NCBI RefSeq assembly: GCF_006345805.1
Contig: NC_043004.1
Coordinates: 102,548,001 to 102,612,000 of the forward strand
Direction: 5' to 3'
DNA: 64,000 nt
From: Octopus sinensis
Taxonomy: Eukaryota
Shown: one piece after another, positions 13,036 through 27,152 of the stretch
How the letters are laid out: each line of letters begins with the position of its first letter
Numbering within the stretch: the first letter of the stretch is position 1
Notes under the pieces: generated by a model
What the model was told of the DNA's origin: nothing
What the model saw: the letters and a program-made list of their open reading frames with translations, nothing else
The model's database searches: none
Position numbers and translations under genes: made by a program

Positions 13036-13300
13036 ACCACATTGCCACTCTTGACAGAACTGTTAGAGCATTGAATAAAATACCTTGTGGTCAAGTTCCT
13101 ATGTAGTAGGCTTATTTCATTGCCTAGTTTAACATCCCATCTGGCCTTAAATTAAAAAGAAAAAAGGTCATAGGCTCTCTTCTCCTACCTCTTTGACTGA
13201 ATGGTTAAAAAAATAAAATAAAAAACTTGTGTTTCAGTTTTTACATTTTTCTGTTAATCCAGGCAGATTTTATTTATAACTTGTGATTTGGCAACTTCAG

Positions 13301-13560
13301 TAAAAGCACCATCCGATCGTGGCACGTAAAAAGCACCATCCGTCCGTGGCCGTTTGCCAGCTCCGTCTGGCACCTGTGCGGGTGGCACGTAAAAAGCACC
13401 CACTACACTCACGGAGTGGTTGGCGTTAGGAAGGGCATCCAGCTGTAGTAACACTGCCAGATCAGACTGGGCCTGATGCAGCCTTCTGGCTTCACAACCC
13501 CAGTAGTACCTTCCAACCTATGCTAGCATGGAAAGCGGATGCTAAATGATGATGATGATG
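13301..13560 (+). mobile_element. VNTR retroposon B1, followed by an older copy (~13561-13755)
   Basis: taaaagcaccatccg units, the conserved body and a gatgatgatg tail. Confidence 0.85.
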
Positions 13561-14184
13561 ACTAGTGCCAGTGCCACATAGAAAGCACTCAGTATGCTAT
13601 TTAAAGCAGTTGTCATTAAGAAGAGCATCCAGTCAGAGAAATCAAGCCAAAGCAGATACCGAGGCTTGGTGCAGCCCTCTGACTTGTCTCCTGTTGAACC
13701 ATCCAACCCATGCCTGTCTGGAAAACAAACATTAAATGCTGATGATAATGATGTTTACTGAACCATAACCAGTATATTGTGATAGAAACACAAGACAATT
13801 GGGTGGCATTAATGACAACTTTCTGTTGTTGAATTTTACATAGTCCATGTGCAGCTGTTGTGTATGTTTTAAGTGAAGTGAGTTATTTGGAGGCAAGCAA
13901 CCTGTAATGTTTGAGGTGTTGGGATTACACCAAGCAGAAATGTGTTGTAATATTTTAATTCGTTTGAATGAGGACTAGTAATTTTTTCTTCCTTGTAAGA
14001 AAGGCTTTGTCTCTGGGCACCGAGTCATACGATCAATATGAATAAGCTGAATGAATTGAATAGTGTTAGTTGTGGAGACTGTTGAAGAAATACAGCTGAT
14101 AAAAGATTTAATAATCAGGTACAAATGATTTGGTTTTGGTTTTCATACTGAATTTTTATTTTGCAACAGTTTGCAACTGATGAT

Positions 14185-14370
14185 GTTCCAGATCAGCCCT
14201 TATTGAGCAGGCCTGTGGTGCAAAATATTCCAGTTGTGACTCTCCTATTATTCTTAAATGTATCTGGGACTATATTATCCTATATGTCCTTTCCTTTTTA
14301 AAGACAACAGAGTGTAATTTGAAAAAGATTTAGCTGTCATTTCTAGCAGGTAGTGTAACTACATAGAGTA
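14185..14370. repeat. Old dispersed unclassified repeat (others ~24975-25160, ~26660-26770, ~27350-27490, ~31940-32060, ~33520-33710, ~57400-57570, ~60575-60745)
   Basis: Recurring degenerate blocks tcagccct.attgagcag.cct...gactacat...gagatttggctgctatttctag. Confidence 0.55.
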
Positions 14371-14715
14371 TCTCTTGTTGGCTCCAAATATTTAGTTTAA
14401 ATATTTGTAATATTTACAACATAACTGATTTTGCTTTTTTTTTTTTTTTTTTAATTATTATAAGTTGTTACAGGTCCAATTAGGAGGTTTCAGATACAAA
14501 AACAAGGCTGAGAGACACAATTAGACTCCTGCCTGATGCAGAATACTGAAATAGTACCCTGTTGTCTTGTAATTAGCACATTAGTTAATGAAATGTTTGT
14601 TAATCATACAATGCTCTTGCTTTTTATAATCAGTGAGCTGTATTTAATTCATATAACTAATACTTATATGATTTTTTAACCATGAGGATTCTAGTTATGG
14701 GACGTACAATATCTA

Positions 14716-14946
14716 TTTCTTTACTACCCACAAGGGGCTAAACACAGAGGGGACAAACAAGGACAGACAAACGGATTAAGTCGATTATATCGACCCCAGT
14801 GCGTAACTGGTACTTATTTAATCAACCCCGAAAGGATGAAAGGCAAAGTCGACCTCGACGGAATTTGAACTCAGAATGTAATGGCAGGCAAAATACCGCT
14901 AAGCATTTCGCCCGGCGTGCTAACGTTTCTGCCAGCGCGCCGCCTT
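14716..14946 (-). mobile_element. Young tRNA-derived SINE, family D
   Basis: Highly similar to 9698-9930; TSD GGACGT[A/T]CAATATC at 14700-14713 and 14949-14962. Confidence 0.85.
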
Positions 14947-16336
14947 TTGGACGTTCAATATCGACTACGTATACCATGACAGCTTAGCCAGCTGTGAATC
15001 TAGCTGTGATGTACTGGGACTTTATCAACTGGTTGATTGATTCTGTCAAAAGTAATAATCATCATCTTCATAATAAGTATACTTGGACAGACATAACTGA
15101 CACAGCTGGTATTTGCTACTTTTTGATTCCTCTGCTTCATTTGTGTTGTTGCATTATCATATAAGTCACTTTTATCAGAGCATCCTGGTGATAGCTGTTA
15201 CAAACATTACAGAAATTATTGTAAATTTTCATTAAATTCCTCTTATTTGGCAGAAAAAAAGGACAATATATTGTGAAAGCAAATATTAAAAATTGCTGAG
15301 TTTTTATGATAGTTCATAAAAAACGATTTTTATTTATTATTCAAAATTACGCTTGTGAAAGCTATTGATATTAGATCTAGAGAAGAATATTGTTATAAAT
15401 GTCAAGAACAGTATTATTAAAGTTGTTCATATATACTTATTCATTGAATTATGAGATTGAATGCAGTCATTTTTTTTCTTCTCCTTTTAAAAGAATGTCT
15501 TGTTGGTTAATTGAAAGCTTCAGTAGATAAGTATAGAGGTGTTATTATAATTCTATAAAGAAAAGAGTAGAGCAATTTATTCTCTCTCTCTTTCTCTCTC
15601 TAGCTAATGAAATATTTCATAAACTGACTTCAAGAGTCACACACACACATACCAACACGCAATACTATACGCCACTATATGTGGAGAGCTGCTATGTGAT
15701 TGTCTGACCTGCTACAAATAACACCCAAATCTCCCTCAAATCACATCTACTAACAGCATGCATTGGTAAAACTCAATAATAAAAAAGAAATATTTTAATA
15801 AAGCACATTTTTTTAGGCTCACTTTCTTTTTAAATTATCTTCATATGCCCTATGCACAGAAACTCCCTCTCCACCCTCTCTTTTTCTCTAATCAAAATAC
15901 TTTGCAAAAATGCTATTCTAAATAATTATCAAAATGTTAATCAGACTAATATTAGTAGCCAGGTCTAACAGGTAATGTAAATCTAAGACTCAGTCTTGTT
16001 AGGCCTTCAGTTTGAAAAGGGCTATTGATCATCCATATCAATGGTTTATCTATCTAAGCAAGCCAAATAATCATGTCTGTATTCAGTAACGCTCTAATCA
16101 ATGTCTCTACTTCTGAGGTAGTCCTTTTTTTGGAGATTTTTTTTTATCAACCTTTTATAATACCAAGCCCCCACCCCCTTCTCATGAAACCTTGATTCCA
16201 AGGTACAAGCTTCCTGCTTTAAAATGATCTGAATTAAAACCTATCGGAGTTTCATGTCGATTCATGTTCCCTATACCAGCTTAAAAATGTGTCATTTTAC
16301 TAAATTCTTCATTATTTTCAAAATTAAATGAAACAT

Positions 16337-16502
16337 AAGCACGGGAGTGGGTGTGTGGTAAGTAGCTTGCTTACCAACCACATGGTTCCAGGTTCAGTCC
16401 CACTGCATGGCACCTTAGGCAAGTGTTTTCTACTATAGCCTCAGGCTGACCAAAGCCTTGTGAGTAGATTTGGTAGATGGAAATAGAAAGAAGCCCGTCG
16501 TA

Positions 16503-16586
<84 letters not shown>

Positions 16587-16770
16587 TTGTCCCCCCAACA
16601 TCACTTGACAACTGATACTGGTGTGTTTATGTACCCATAACTTAGCAGTTTGGCAAAAGAGACTGATAGAATAAGTACTAGGCTTAAAAAGAATAAGTCC
16701 TGGGATCAATTTGCCGACTGAAGGCGGTGCTCTTGCATGGCCGCAGTCAAATGACTGAAACAAGTAAAAG
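16337..16770 (+). mobile_element. SINE family A copy inserted in a MITE-1 element
   Basis: Same head, microsatellite and tail as 2361-2785; MITE-1 interior on the left, MITE-1 right end (~16775-16810) on the right. Confidence 0.85.
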
Positions 16771-17339
16771 GTAAGCATGTATTTCAACAGTAATATCATA
16801 ACAAAGGGTTTTATGAACTAGGTACTATGATCAGATTGCTGTCATATCAGTTGACAATTGTTTCCATTTTTTTGTTTTTCATTTCATGGAGGAGCTGGTT
16901 AAATCGCCCCATCTATGTTTACTTGTGACTTGTTACTAAGATGATGGTGTTGTCTCTGATGATAAGGAAAGTGAAAGTACCAGTAGGTGGGAGCTATCTT
17001 TTGCTACACAGCTAGTGCTCACAGACAAGCTGAAACAATGACCCCAATTTATATGAATACTTTTAATCTAATTTGTCATTAGATATGTCAGCCTAACACT
17101 GGTTGTTAGACCTAGCACTTCATTGAGTATATCATCACTACATGTAAGTCTTGGATACCGTTAGTAGATTTCACTTTGTTGCAAACATTCATGTTTTTTT
17201 CACCAGATGTTTGCTTGACAGTGACTCTCTATGTGTGAGGAGAAATTGTTTCAGTCGTGAGCACTGATCCTTTTCTCCTTATATTTTTATTGCTAAATCA
17301 AAATATTTGTACAAAAAGCAATTTTTGCAGGATACTAGA

Positions 17340-17721
17340 CATATGTGTGCACAACCACCAGGAACTGAGCTCAATGAACAATCTTTATGCTACATTTTCA
17401 AGAGCCTTCTCCAGCTAAGGTAAACAGTGTGGCCCCTAGCTGCTTATCATCATTGGCCTATACTGATGATGTACAAAATTCCAATGCATTCAAACCTGTT
17501 CCTCTTTCCATTGCCAAATATTTTAGAGGTCCAAGATTTGTGATTCCACATTGCTGAGAAGGTCCTAAACAAGATTACATTTAAAAGACTGCTCCAAATC
17601 AGTATCAGAGAACATTCCAACAGAATCACAGAGAGATTTTCACTGGGACCAAGATACAGTAGACATGATCTTCATAGCAAGACAACACTATAAGGAATGC
17701 AGGGAACAACATCACGACCTC
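17340..17721 (+). mobile_element. Decayed RTE-clade LINE reverse-transcriptase remnant (possibly extending upstream to ~16900)
   Basis: 17617-17721 reads PTESQRDFHWDQDTVDMIFIARQHYKECREQHHDL, matching the LINE RT motif PESQCGFR..RSTIDMIF.ARQLQEKCREQ; weaker similarity upstream. Confidence 0.7.
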
Positions 17722-18014
17722 CTGTATAATGTTCTCAGAAAATTTACTTGAATCAGACCCATACAAGGATGATGGCCCAAGTTATAGGTGGGATGAAATT
17801 TGAGCCCTTTAGTGTAGTAGCAGAACTGTGACATGTTTGTATGTTGATTCTACTGATTTATATTTTCCTTTGTTTGCCCTTGCTGTTATGCAGGAGATGA
17901 AAACACACTCAAGAGTCACTATAAACTTACACAGTTCTTTTCACTTCAGAGGTAGCTGACCACTCCTAAGTTCAGATCTAAACTGTTTATTAAGTACGAA
18001 ATGTTTATCAAAAT

Positions 18015-19277
18015 TTATTTTAGATATACTAACCCGGCTGAAAAGTTTTTTGGTTCATAAGACCAACCTGGCCGAGAGTACCCATTGTTATTTAAATGTG
18101 AATTTAAGCAAAAATCTCATGACTACATTCATGAAAATATGTGATTTCACTTAGTAAATAGTTGAGTTATAGTATCCGACATTGTTTGGCTTGATATCTG
18201 ATCTCAGTGAATTTTGGGAGATTTTTTTTCCATATTTTTGCAGCATTGAATTTTTTTTCAACTTCGAAAATGGATAGGAGTTTCATGCTATGAAGCAGTG
18301 ATTTCGAATTTAAAGGTTTTTCAACAGAAAATCTGGAGATATCGAGAAAAAGAATGAATGAGGTACTAAAGCACTTGGAGTACAAGAATGAATGAGATAT
18401 TTCTGTATCCGAAACTGAAAGCGGCGATAGCGACAGCAAAGATGATTTTACATTGGAATGAAGTAAAAACTGTAAAAATGTTTTTATTAGCAATTTTTCT
18501 GAGGATATGGGGTCTATCCATAGTCTTTCTTAGGAAGCGAAACCATTAGACTTTTATTTCAGTATGCTTGTTTGAAGCGATCACTGCGGAAACAAACTGT
18601 TACGCAGAATGTAAACAAACAATATATGCCAGGAAAGCCCACGAAATGGGGGATCAAAGTTTGGAAAATGTGAAGCAAATACTGGGTACTGCTGTGGATT
18701 TAGTTTTTATACTGGGAAAATAATGTTAGTCAGCATGGCCTAGGGTACGATGTGGTCTGGAATTTATCACTTCCGTACCATAACTAGGGCCATATATTAC
18801 TTTTTGACTGATTTTTTTTTTTAGTTCGGTCAAACTTGTGGTGGATTTAGGTGGATTCCAGTATTTCAGTTTATTTCACCTTTATGGTACACCTGTTCTT
18901 TTGTGCATTAAATTCAGCTGATAATCTAGTGATGTGCACAGTTCTTCTATATCAAAATTTTGTTGCATACCTAATTGAATATTAGCTGATGATTCATTTT
19001 CTATCGTGATGTTTAAACAAAATTTTAATATTTTTACCTTTTGCTCAGTTTACCTGGATTTACCTGTAATTAAAGTCACTTTGAGACAAAAGTTATGCAA
19101 AAGAATTGATAGAGAACCCTTTCTTTAATTATGTTCCAAATATCACATTAATATGTTGATAAGTAAAAAAGTTAAAGTTGTTTAATGAAACTAGTTTAAA
19201 TTCATGATTATTTTAGAATTTAATTGAAACTCATGAGGGATGTATTTTGGTCAGAAATATAGTAACGAAAGGGTTAA
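18015..19277 (+). mobile_element. Internally deleted, decayed piggyBac transposon
   Basis: From 18617 KQYMPGKPTKWGIKVWKM, then after a frameshift EANTGYCCGFSFYTGK and GLGYDVVWNLSLPYHN*GHILLFD*; upstream AITAETNCYAE and an acidic N-terminal stretch. Right end ...gtaacgaaagggTTAA (19271-19277). Left end degenerate, so the start is approximate. Confidence 0.85.
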
Positions 19278-22200
19278 ATTTGCTCCTCTGGCGTAGAAAA
19301 CAGAAATTAATGTGTCTTGAAATTTAACATTTTACTAGCAATAGTTACCAGTCATCCAGCTTGGATGTATTTGTATAGCAGACTAGCTCTTCTGGAACTT
19401 AATTTTATGCCTACTTCATCACCTCACTTCATTTCTCTCTTTCTATTGGGAAGGTCATGTTACATCTACATTTACAGTTTGCATGACTATAAGTCGGATC
19501 AGAAAAATGCATCAGATCTCTCTGGGGGAAAATTACCTGCTATACATAAGTCAAAGAAACAGAGGTTCTGGAACCTAAAGGTGTTTGTGTTAGCAAAACT
19601 CATACTGGGAAGTCTGAGTTTGGATAAGTTTGTATGACACAGAGTGCTGGTGAATCTAACATTTCAGGACTATCTTTTTATTTGAGAAAGGGAGAAATAA
19701 TTATTTAAAAATTAAATTTTGTTTTAGTTTTTTTTGTTTTTTTTTCATCTGTCAATCAGTCAAAAAACTGTTTTTCTTTCATTCTTAGATTAAGGTACAG
19801 TCTCAGAACCTCAAATTTCTTTTCTCCTCTGCTTCATACAGAGTTATCCAAATTCACAAACTTTGATTTGATGTAGAAACTCCAGAGGGAGCTTCTGTGG
19901 ATGTTTGTGATTTACAGGGAACACACACACACTCACGCAAACAAAATTTACCTTTTCATTTTGACGAGAGCAAAATTACAAAACTTTGTAGTTTTAACAA
20001 AATTCAGCTTACTTTCACTTTATAACACTGCCAATCGATTGATTTTTCTCTTTTAAGCTACCTTCAACTGATTGATTCTTGTATATTGATTGCTGTATGA
20101 AACTAGATAATAAAACGGTAGTAACAAGACAGAGTGGATTCACAGAAAACAAAGATTATTCTAATTAAATTTCTTTTCTTTTGATGACGTTCACTTAATC
20201 TGATTATGTTGCTTGGCTACTTCATCTTAATTTTTTTGATTTATTTATTGTGGTAATTAAGTGCAACTTCCTTGGGATACATTCAATTTTCAGTTTAATA
20301 AGATAGTCCATTTTCCAGTTGGTCTCAGTCAGCTAAATACAGCACCTTCTGATTTAATATGGTCATTTAATAAAGCAATAAAGCAGTAACCTCTTTGAAA
20401 CGATATGGGAGGCTGAGGATGCTGTTGTTGTTTTATTTTGCAGTCTTTAGTCATGTTAAACAGATAAATTTTTGTTTGGTTTTGTTTATTATGTCTGTTT
20501 GCAATCTTAAACACCTCCCTTGTTTCTGTCATACAATGCTGACGATGAAGACAAAATAGAGAATCTCGGCATAGCTGCTTGTGGTTGTTTTAAACATGTT
20601 TTTCTTTTAATTTTTTAATTTTTATCCGTTATCTCTTGCACTTTAATCCCTCCCTCCCTTCCTCACCCTTCTTTCACACTGATATATTCATGAAATTTCC
20701 TGTTGAGATTCTTTTGTTGCAGTTGCTAAGTTAGTTGTGATGTGATGCATCATTTGTTATCACTGTTTTCTGTTCACTTGTTGTTTTTGTTGTTGTTATA
20801 GCAATCATATGTGACCTTTTGATCTTTCTAATTCTCTACCCCTGTCCCCTGCCCCTATCCCTGGCCTCCTCTCTTCCCCTATTATGCTGTTGTGAACACT
20901 GTTAATTTATTTTTTCTGTAAAATAAATAAAATAAATTTGCATTTTTTTGTTTGAAGTATAATTTTTTTTTTATTTTTAATCTATTCAAATAAAAGATTC
21001 TGGTAAAATGTCTTACACACGAAACAACTCGCTGAAAGCTCTATTTTCAGCCAGTTTAAATAATTTTGAAAAAAAAATCAAAATTAACCACTCATTTGTT
21101 TTTAAATTTCATATTTCATTTCATAAACCTTTCTTTTACTCAGGGGATCTTTCTTTTGACTTGGAGCACGTTTTGTCTTTATTTGCTTCCCAATTACCAT
21201 TCTGCTAGTGCTTTGTTCCTTTCCCCTTAGTAATTTTTTCATTTCTTTATATCAAGTAAAGATTTTATATTCCTGTCCTCTTCAACCCAACTGTCTAACT
21301 GGTACATATTAGTCATAATAAGTAGATTAAAATCTAAATTATAGCAAGATGAATTTGATGTTATGAAAAACTTTTTTTTTCCCATCTAATCAATGATATT
21401 TTTTTGCATTATTCTGGTTCTTAACCTTATTCTAAATTGTAATAAATGTTTTTGTCTGTGTGTGTGTGTTTAAGATTTGCTTAAGATTTATGAATAATAC
21501 ATAAATCCTGTAATGAAATTGCTTTCTCAGTTCAGACATTATCGTGTGTGTGTGTGTGTGTGATAGTTGAGATATATGTATATATATATCTATTGTTGTT
21601 AAGAAGAAAAAACCTTCCCCTTCCTAAACTGTATAACAAAATGAAAATACATTTCCAACTTATTCTTCATCTTTTATCTTCCTGTTTCATCATCTTGTTA
21701 TCATTTCCTGCTGTATCAATATGGTAAAGTTCTGAGGAGATGATTAGATTTTCCAATAAATTTAGATGCTTCTTCTGATACTCAGTCTGTGTGTGGGTGT
21801 CCCTCCTTTTGAGAAGTTTCAAGTATTCCTTCCATTTTTGAAAGTTCATGTTTAAAGTAAAGGGAGAGATTTAATCTAATTTAAATTAAGCACTTCCGAT
21901 TTTATATATTTCTTGGTAATATCATTTATGAGAAACTCCCTGTTTTGGGATTATATGTCTCCTTATGCAATACTTGCCTTCCAAATAGAACTTTATTTAG
22001 CTGGCAATTTATTTTGATGTTTGTGAGTCATTTATAATTCACTACACAATGATTGCTTCCCTCATATACCTGTCAACGGAGCCTCTAATTGGTCTTTGTC
22101 TGAGTATAAGAATTTAATTGTTCTTGTTATCCATAGCACCAACAGCCATTTAATTATTCTTTACCTTCAGTGTAATAGCCCTTATTACAATTTATGTTAG

Positions 22201-25200
22201 CAAGTTGGCACAAATTATCTTCTCCAATTATATATATATTAACATAAAGCTAAAGTTTTTACATATTTTTTCCTTAAACTTACTCTTGATTTGATTGCTG
22301 TTTCAGAAATTTAATATTTTCTTTGTTATAAGATATATAATTCCTTTTATTATAAATTTTATTTTTATATATGCTTCATAATAACACCCACACCTTCACT
22401 TTCCTTCTCTTTTCTGTTAATAACCTAGGATTTTTTCCCCCTTTCAGAATATATTATCTATTTTTGAAAATGTATGCAAATTATTTTTATACTGACAGCA
22501 TGTCTTATTAGCAGGCAACTTAACTCCTCATGAACTTACTAGGCTAATAGCTATGCATTGAGAACCTTAAATATTTTTTATTTCTAATGAGAACATAAAA
22601 AAATTGTGTGTGTATGCTCATGCAAATCATTACAAGTACCCATGGTTGAATGGTTACGAAATTTACTTTGCAAGTAGAAATTCCCAGGTTTGATCTCAGT
22701 GAGTGGTGCCTTAAGTAACTGTCTCTTACTATATATGGTCTTTGGTTAATCTAAGCCTTGTTATTAAAAGTGTGTAGAAAGAAACTTTGTGGAACCTCAT
22801 TGGATAGACTTTACCTGTAATTCAAAAGGTGGCCTTATCACAGACTGTCACACTCTGATAATGTGTATGGGATACCCAGCCACTTACAGTATGGTTCAAT
22901 GAGAGGTTAATCCATTGAGTCAAACAATCTGGCTACTTGTCATTTAAAATCAACACAAGATCCACACACTTCTGTTGGAAATAAAAGGTTCTTCAACTCC
23001 AGCAAAATGCAGGTTTATATACTAGTTTCAAATTTTGGCACAAGACCAGCAATTTCAGGGAAAAGGGTAAGTTGATTATATTAACCCCAGTATTCAACTG
23101 GTTCTTATTCTATTGATCCCGAAAGAACGAAAGGCAAAGTTGACTCTGGCAGCATTTGAACTCAGAGCATAAGGACTGGTAAAATGTCCCTAAGCAGTAA
23201 CCAGTTTGCCATTTTAAGCACACTGTATATTGATTGAAGCTGTAAGGAAATGAGATTTGGCCATTGAGTGTTAAAAATCTGAAATAGTTGCAAAAAATTG
23301 AACTAGTGCAATCCTATGGCTATGCAATTCTAATTTGAGAGCAGAGAAAAGTAAAGAAGTATCACCAGGTGTATGGTAATGGTATGTACAGGAAAATGAG
23401 TGCTATGTGTTTGTTGAAAGAACAGTATTGTGAATTGATAATAGGTATTCATCATAAAAACAGGCTGCTTAAGAACAGATCTGAGAGCAATGTGGCTTGC
23501 AGAAGAGATGATGTAGAATGAAGATAGGTAAAAAAAGATGCTGTATTGCAGACATGTCCAACCCATGACAGCATGTGACAGATGGGAGGTAGAAAAAAAA
23601 CTAAAAATACTGCATGTCCTTTTGATAAAACCTCTTTTCTTCAGTTTCACTGTTCTTGTCATACTTGTGGTATAGATTTTACCAATGACACATTTGTAGT
23701 CATACTTGTTAGATTGCATATGTTCGTTCTTTTCCTTCTCTAATCTATGATTTCAGTATATTCTTGGTTTATAGTGATTCCATTCTGAGATTACTTAAGT
23801 ATAATTCTTACAGTGTTTGCTGAGAGAGAGAGAGAAAATTAGCCTGATAGTGTCAAGCCACATTTTAAATTTTTCAGCAGATATAGAATATCACAGAACT
23901 TGGTTCTTATGCTTCTAGGTGTATGAAGTATATTGACAAATTATGAAACTCTTAATAGTTTTTGAATTTAGAGGAATTTTTTAAAACTCTTTTTTAAAGA
24001 CAATCGTAACTCCTTTTTAAAGAGGTGTATCTCCCTTCTTTATAAAGACCAAGGAAAGAGGACAAAAAGAGATTAATTTTTTTTTTTTTTATCGAGAATA
24101 CCTCATTGTGCTAAAAATAAGGCAAGAGACTAGCAAAGATAATTGAGCATAACATTTAAGTGCTCATTGTTTATAATTATTGTTGTTGCTGAGGGCTGTT
24201 TCCAGGAAAAGGGGTGAAAGCAAAGATTTGTGGAATGAGGAATGACTTCAAGCATAAAGAATGGTGTTAATGAATGGGTAATTACCATATAAGGGAAGGG
24301 ATTGAGAGGTGTTTGTTAGATTTTTGTTGTTTTTGTTTTGTTTTGTTTCGTTTTTATCCCTGGTTTGGCTTGAAGGGATGGTTTTGTGTTGCTCTTGTAA
24401 TCCAATTAGCAAGTTCATGTTTCCCAAACCTAAATGTCTTTCGGAAAGAAAAAAAATCCTTAGTGTACACGGTTACCATTTAAATGGTGCATTTGCTCTT
24501 CTTAAGCTTTCAATTGGTCACTACTTCACAGGTTTGCAAAAATCAAAGGCAAAAAATAAAATAAAATTCAAATCAATGAGGAAATCAGCACATATTGAAA
24601 GAAAGGTTGTGTCATGAGGTGTTGGCATAAGTTTCTAAGATAAAAGAAATAATGAAACAATAATAGATTATATACATCCCTTCCCCATGAAGGCTTGGTA
24701 AAGATGGTCTTAGTTGACTAATATTCCTTATTTCATGTATGACAGGTTCCCTCCATCCCCCTGTTATAACTATATACTATTTTAGGAGATGAAGTTTTTG
24801 TTTACTGAATAACATGAAGTCAGGTTACATGTGTGTCTGTGTGCATGTATTGATGTGTAAATATGCACACTGTTTTTCCAAATTTTAAGTATTATTAGTG
24901 ATAAGATTTTGTAATAAATATTCATTCCTCTACAGATCAGTTGTTTGCATTTAGTATGCCTCCCACATCCCTGTCAACCATGATTGAGCACACCTATCAA
25001 TTGAAATGATTTTAGCCAAAACCAGGCTTTTTTTTTTTTTTTAGTGGCAGGGGTTTAGGCATATCTTAGACTACACTATTTAATGAGTCTTCTTTTGAGA
25101 CAGGTGGGTAATTAGTTAAGGGGGATTTGGCTATTGTTTCTTGCAAGTTAAGTGACTATGTAGAGGCTGATTGGTTCAACTAACAGTGTAGTGACTGACC

Positions 25201-26092
25201 AAACAATATGACTACTGTTCAATAGTTCCAAATCTAGTGGACATGTGTGGCTCTGTGGTTAAGATGCTTGCTTCCCAATCATGTGATCTTACATTCATTT
25301 CAGTGCATGGTGCCTTGGGTACTTGTCTTCTACTTAAGCCCCAGCTCAGCCAAAGCTTTGTGGGTGGATTTTGTTGACAGAAACTGTATGTACCCTAATC
25401 TCAAAATCACATGGTGAATGTAAATGAGCGTCAACATTCTACAAGCAAGATTGTTCGTTTCCAGTCATCCATGAAAATGTGTATCAAGCTATGGGAAACA
25501 GGTGACTGGAAGGGTATCCAGCTATAGAAAATCTGGCTCAATAAATTGTCTGACCCATTCAAGCATGGAAAAGTGGACCTTTTTGATGATGATTATAATG
25601 ATGATAATGGATCTAATATTGTAGAAATAAAGATTTGCTAACTTTACACAAGGAACATTATTTCAGTGTTACTCTCAGTATCTTAGTAATTGTTTAAATA
25701 GCATTTCAGTAATGAACTGCCAAGTCCCCAATTTGTTTTGAACACATTAGGATAAAGAACTAAATAGGGGAACCCAGCAAATATTTATTTTTCTTCAAAT
25801 GAACAAATATTTATCATCATCGTCATTGTCCATTGTCCATGCTGGCATGGGTTGGACAGTTTGACTAGGGCTGGTAAGCTGAGGGGCTGCACCAGACTCC
25901 AGTATGGTTTGTACGGCTGGATGCCCTTCCTAATACCAACCACTCCAAGAGTGTAATGGGTGCTTTTACATACCACGACTACGTCTTAACTTGGTTTGAT
26001 GGTTATTCTTCTCAAGCACAACATAATGCCAAATGTCTTGGTTGTTTGTCATTGCCTCCATGAGGCCCAGCACACACATATACATATACATA

Positions 26093-26191
<99 letters not shown>

Positions 26192-27152
26192 GCACATACA
26201 TACCTATACATAGGCTTCCACACTGTTTCTATCTACCAAATTTACTCACAATGCATTAGTCAGCTTAGGGCTATAGTACTCAAGATGCTGTGCAATGGGA
26301 CTTAACCCAAAACCACAAGATTACAAAGCAAGCTTCTTAACCACATAGCCATGCCTGTGACCACAGTGAAAACTGTATTTCTTCAAATGTATGAAATATT
26401 TGATTTTACTTCAGCCGAAATATGAGTATAAAGCAATGGTTGGGTTTCTTTTTGTTTATAAGCAATCATTTTCCCTATGGTACTATCATCATTTTGAGAG
26501 TTAAGCAATCTTCAGCTTCCTATTGAAATCTATATTCAACTCAGACCTGTGTACATAACTTTTTCTTTTCATGTACAGTTTATACAAAATTAACTATGAC
26601 TAACTCCTACAATTGTCTCTATGTATTTTTCTGGATGGTGGTGATATTATTTTTATTTAGTTCCAGATCAATCAACCCTCATTGAACAGGCCTACTTTCA
26701 GTCAAAACATTTTCAACTGTGGCTGTCCTATTTTAGTGATATATATAAGACTACATGATTTAATGTTCTTTCCTTATTTAAACCACCCATACCCAGCCAT
26801 AATATGTTCAAAATGGTCAGATCTGGCCTCTCACATCTACCTTACAATATCATTCTAAAAATATACAGTTGCATAATCAAAATCTCAAGGCTACAAGATA
26901 ATGCATAATTAATTCAAGACAATTTTAGAAATGACCATTACATTTGACAGAGTAATCTGAATGCTAGAAGGGGAAGATGATAAGGTATGAGAGAGATTTG
27001 GCTGCTATTTCTAGAAAGCTGTGCAATGACAGGGGTTCCTCCTTGGTTATTTTATCCACATGTAGTGTGAATGAGTTTTGACTGAGGTATTATTTTTCAG
27101 AAGAGTAATAATCTTTTCTCTCAATATAAATACTTTTGTTTTAATTTCACAG

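Noticed and set aside
16941-16986. Possible exon DGVVSDDKESESTS with ag/gt boundaries
   Set aside because: Ends in phase 2 whereas the 27153 exon needs phase 1; weak acceptor; adjacent to a decayed LINE.
19478-19580. Possible exon LHDYKSDQKNASDLSGGKLPAIHKSKKQRFWNLK
   Set aside because: Weak donor (gtgttt), phase incompatible with the next exon, no recognisable homology.
20092-20120. Partial resemblance to miR-9 arms (gctgtatga, aactagataa)
   Set aside because: The segments overlap, do not form a hairpin and have many mismatches.
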